The notes beneath the pieces were generated by a model. That model did no database searches. It was not told where the DNA came from and was given only the letters and a program-made list of their open reading frames with translations. Shown one piece after another: positions 61,095-64,000 of a stretch of 64,000 nucleotides of DNA. The stretch comes from Candidatus Bathyarchaeota archaeon (GTDB lineage: Archaea > Thermoproteota > Bathyarchaeia > Bathyarchaeales > Bathycorpusculaceae), in contig CAVYES010000006.1 in NCBI GenBank assembly GCA_963767735.1, positions 384,001-448,000 of the forward strand. The letters run 5' to 3'. A program made the translations under genes and the position numbers. How positions within the stretch are numbered: the first letter of the stretch is position 1; each line of letters begins with the position of its first letter.

Positions 61095-61163
61095 ACGGAC
61101 ATGCATAAAAGATTTAGAGATTTTAGAGATTGATGTCCTCAACCAACTGCTAAGCTGTCTTAC
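61095..61163 (+). repeat. Fifth, degenerate copy of the WCP leader (no cargo gene)
   Basis: ACG GAC ATG CAT AAA AGA TTT AGA GAT TTT AGA GAT TGA TGT CCT CAA CCA = (T)DMHKRFRDFRD*CPQP. Confidence 0.85.
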
Positions 61164-61489
61164 GTTTTGCAGGTGACCAAAACTGGAATGACCGTTTTTA
61201 ACTCCACAAAATATTCTTTCAATAGACCTTGCCCTTTTCTTGTAATTCGGTATTGTTTGCGGGCTTTTCCACGGGTGATCTCCCAGTTTGAAGATATTAG
61301 CTGCTGTTTCTCTAAATGTTTGAGTTCAGTATATAGGGTTGATGGGCCTAGGCGTATGCCGAATTTCTTGTATACCACCTTGAAGATGGCGTATCCATGT
61401 AGTCCGCGGTCGGATGTATCGTTTATGATGTTGAGCAAGACGCTTTCGAGGATTGCGCCGCGGAAAATTTTTTTGTTTAAAACTATCAA
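61160..61489 (-). CDS. PadR family transcriptional regulator
   Basis: HGYAI...GPSTLY..L..LE....I.S.W.....RKQYRITRKG. Confidence 0.9.
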   Translation of the reverse strand: MIVLNKKIFRGAILESVLLNIINDTSDRGLHGYAIFKVVYKKFGIRLGPSTLYTELKHLEKQQLISSNWEITRGKARKQYRITRKGQGLLKEYFVELKTVIPVLVTCKT

Positions 61490-62070
61490 AACTTTTTCTC
61501 CTCCTGAGGGTTTCAGAACCCAATTACATATCTTAAGAGTGACGATTGAAGATATAAAACCATGTTGTAACTACCACACAACCACAAACAACAAAACAAC
61601 ACACAAACAACTAACCCAAAGACAAACAAAAACCGTGTGCTTTTTAAAAAACCCTTTAAACCCAGCAGCAAAGTTGAAGGCGCCTTGAAAAAGCCTTCTC
61701 CGGAAAGCAAAGCCAATTTAAAAAAACACGAGAAAAACAAAAATTAAGGCTGAGAAATTGCGAGTTCTTGTGGGTCAGCGATATTTGACGATTTCTCACA
61801 GCTTAGGGCTCGAAGCCGTCGCCTCACATCATCCCGAGGCTTACATGGGTCTTTGGAGAATTTATCTATTTTGTTGGAGCCTGCCACAGATTTTTGTTTG
61901 CTTGCTTACATAGGAACTTACGGTTTTAGGCATCAAGATTTTGTGAATTTGCTCTTTATTGCTCCATCTCAGAGAGGTTTTTTTAATTTTCTCTTCTAGT
62001 TAAAGGCTTATTTACAGCGCCTTCCTTGAATTCTTAATTTTTATTGCTTTTTGTCGCCTTTTAATGCCTT

Positions 62071-62130
62071 TTCTTTACTTTTTGTTACTTTTCTTTACTT
62101 TCTGTTACTTTTCTTTACTTTTCTTTACGC
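62071..62130. repeat. Six tandem 10-bp repeats (ttctttactt / tYtgttactt)
   Basis: Directly visible periodic array. Confidence 0.85.
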
Positions 62131-62284
62131 AACCTGCAAACGCCACAAGCTCTGAAACAGAAAAGCAACTTAGAACGGCTTGTTCAAAATTTGCCGCAAA
62201 ACAACTCAGAGCGACTCTTCAATAATCCGGCACAATTCCGCACAAATCCGCACAATTCGACACAAATCTGCACAAAAATGCACA

Positions 62285-62534
62285 CAACCTGCAACCGAAT
62301 TGAGCCCTAAACGAAAAAAGCAACCCAAAACAACCAGAACAGTCAAGCAGCACTTACAAACGTTATATCCTCTTCAAAAAGGCGCAAAAGGACACAGAAA
62401 TACATTCTGCTACACTTCGCTACGCGATTATTTGCGATTAAACGCGATTATTCTCGATTATTTGCGATTATTCTAGATTCAACCTGCAAGCAATTTAAGC
62501 CCTAAACGAAAAAAGCAACCCAAAACAACAAGAA
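62285..62534 (+). repeat. ~55-bp direct repeats (62285-62339 and 62480-62534) enclosing 10-bp cgattatttg repeats
   Basis: Shared agccctaaacgaaaaaagcaacccaaaacaac core. Confidence 0.8.
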
Positions 62535-62751
62535 AAAGATTGCGCGGAAAAACGCAAGAGAATTCTCGCAACTGCAGAGTAATGGGTTAAATTGCATTGT
62601 TGTGTCGGAAGATTAGTACCAAAAAGGTTGCATGTGGCATGTTTGATTCTCATTATTTGCTTCAGATTAACGACATTTGACGAATCTAAATGTTTAAAAT
62701 GCCGCAAGGATAGGGTAATTTTAAACGTGTTATGTGAGGTGAAAAAAAGAC

Positions 62752-62820
62752 ATGATATTCGAAGAGGAAGATGAATGGGAAGAAGGCGAAGATGAAGAAT
62801 GGGAAGAAGAAGAATGGTAA
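62752..62820 (+). CDS. 22-aa acidic Trp-containing micropeptide
   Basis: GAGGTGA RBS, MIFEEEDEWEEGEDEEWEEEEW*, T-rich terminator-like tract downstream. Confidence 0.65.
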   Translation: MIFEEEDEWEEGEDEEWEEEEW

Positions 62821-62956
62821 ACACCCGCCACTAAACTAAACTTTTTATTATTTTCTTTAAGGAAGCATTTGAGGTTAATTTTTTGAAACCAATGAAAAGC
62901 CGCATTTAACTTTAAGCAGCGATTTAACTAAAGCGTTATAGCGTAATGTTTAAAAC

Positions 62957-62977
62957 GTATATACTCAGTGTATATAC
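62957..62977. promoter_or_regulatory. Putative TA autoregulatory operator
   Basis: Two GTATATAC palindromes separated by 5 bp, just upstream of the antitoxin ATG. Confidence 0.5.
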
Positions 62978-62987
62978 TTTGAGTATT

Positions 62988-63242
62988 ATGGAACAAACAG
63001 AATTGAAACAATCAGCTAAGGAACAAACAGTAATTACAGTAAAGATTCCTAAAGAAATGAAGAAAAAAATGAAGCAAATCGACGTTAATTGGAGCGAATA
63101 CATACGTGAGTGCGTTCAAAAGAAAATAGCCCAGGAAAAAAAGAGAGCGGCATTCGATAAGTTGGATGAAATTCGAAAACGGAGTAAGCCAACATCAACT
63201 GAAGAAATTGTAGCATGGATCCGCGAAGGCAGGGAGCGATAA
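62988..63242 (+). CDS. VapB-type RHH antitoxin
   Basis: VITVKIPKEMKKKM...VNWSEYIR...WIREGRER. Confidence 0.85.
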   Translation: MEQTELKQSAKEQTVITVKIPKEMKKKMKQIDVNWSEYIRECVQKKIAQEKKRAAFDKLDEIRKRSKPTSTEEIVAWIREGRER

Positions 63243-63678
63243 CTTCACGTCTAGTTATATCGTCGATGCCTGTATCGTTGTGAAATGGCTATTACCTGGC
63301 GAGTCATATCAGGAAAACGCAGACAGATTAAAAGAAGATATAAAATACTCAAAAAAAGAAATGTTTGCTCCTTCCTTTATGACCCAAGAAGTCGCAAACG
63401 CATTATGGGTAGCAATAAAACTTGGAAGAATAACTCAAGAGGATGCTCAAAAAGCACTATCAAATTCTGATGAATTACAGATAAATCTTTATGATTTTAA
63501 CTGGACGGAAGTTTCTGGTGAACTTGCAATAGCCTGTCGACTTGACTTAACGATTTATGATGCAGCTTATCTTTTCCTTTCTGAAAAGATGAACACTCAA
63601 TTCATCACTGCTGACGATAAAATGTATAAAAAAGCTAAAGGACACTTTAAAGTTCTTCACTTAATGGATTATGTTTAA
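63238..63678 (+). CDS. vapC: PIN-domain toxin (VapC), canonical start codon apparently missing
   Basis: YIVDACIVVKW...EVANAL...TIYDAAY...ITADD; no ATG/GTG/TTG upstream of the first catalytic Asp. Confidence 0.75.
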   Translation, partial: DNFTSSYIVDACIVVKWLLPGESYQENADRLKEDIKYSKKEMFAPSFMTQEVANALWVAIKLGRITQEDAQKALSNSDELQINLYDFNWTEVSGELAIACRLDLTIYDAAYLFLSEKMNTQFITADDKMYKKAKGHFKVLHLMDYV

Positions 63679-63738
63679 TGCTTTCTCAGGTTCTAAATTT
63701 ATAACTTACATATCTAATTCATTATGGGCGGTATGGCT

Positions 63739-64000
63739 ATGACACGAATTGCTGTGCTTAATCAGGACAAATGCAAGGTTAAAAAATGTAACCAAGTTTG
63801 CGTTAGCTTCTGCCCTATGGTTCGAAGCAGAGTGGAAGCCATCAGGGTTGAAGGAGACAAAGCAGTCATATCGGAAACGCTCTGCAGCGGCTGCGGGATA
63901 TGCGTTAAAAAATGCCCCTTCAAAGCCATAAGCATCGTTAACTTGCCTGATGAGCTGGAGAAAGACTGCAGCCACCGTTTCGGAGAAAACAGCTTCAAAC
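63739..64000 (+). CDS. ABCE1/RLI ribosome recycling ATPase, 5' part
   Basis: Manual translation MTRIAVLNQDKCKVKKCNQVCVSFCPMVR...CSGCGICVKKCPFKAISIVNLP. Confidence 0.95.
   Translation, partial: MTRIAVLNQDKCKVKKCNQVCVSFCPMVRSRVEAIRVEGDKAVISETLCSGCGICVKKCPFKAISIVNLPDELEKDCSHRFGENSFK

Noticed and set aside
53909-61163. Leader repeats as a CRISPR array
   Set aside because: Units are kilobases apart and protein-coding; no 30-40 bp spacers or cas genes.
1-64000. Provirus, IS element or integrase
   Set aside because: No transposase, integrase, capsid, terminase or replication gene recognised in the window.

Overview
Archaeal chromosomal window. Gene content and small-protein families suggest a Bathyarchaeia-like TACK archaeon (inference). 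Housekeeping and metabolic genes include the start of a glutamate synthase-type cluster, a PhoU-like regulator, a LonC-type protease, a Dph6-like ligase, serA, glyA, a P3A H+-ATPase, a thermosome subunit, trxB, thiL, trmY, cgi121, a THUMP protein and ABCE1/RLI. These are interleaved with three tRNA genes, five toxin-antitoxin pairs plus an orphan antitoxin remnant, and many unannotated microproteins. Main unexplained signals: (1) at 53.4-61.2 kb, a Zn/HTH regulator is followed by four tandem surface-protein genes, each starting with the same leader (MGLRKRFRDFRDWCPQPP), bracketed by five junction repeats that also copy the regulator's 3' tail; (2) a 47-aa zinc-ribbon gene sits between two directly repeated dif/XerA-like sites near tRNA-Pro; (3) an intron-containing tRNA has a Glu body but a complete Lys(CUU) anticodon loop; (4) a G-U-rich ~100-nt hairpin ncRNA candidate has a core motif that recurs 10 kb away; (5) a pilin/roadblock/orphan-HAMP cluster. 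All calls were made by eye, without database searches. Several single-base indels could be assembly errors.
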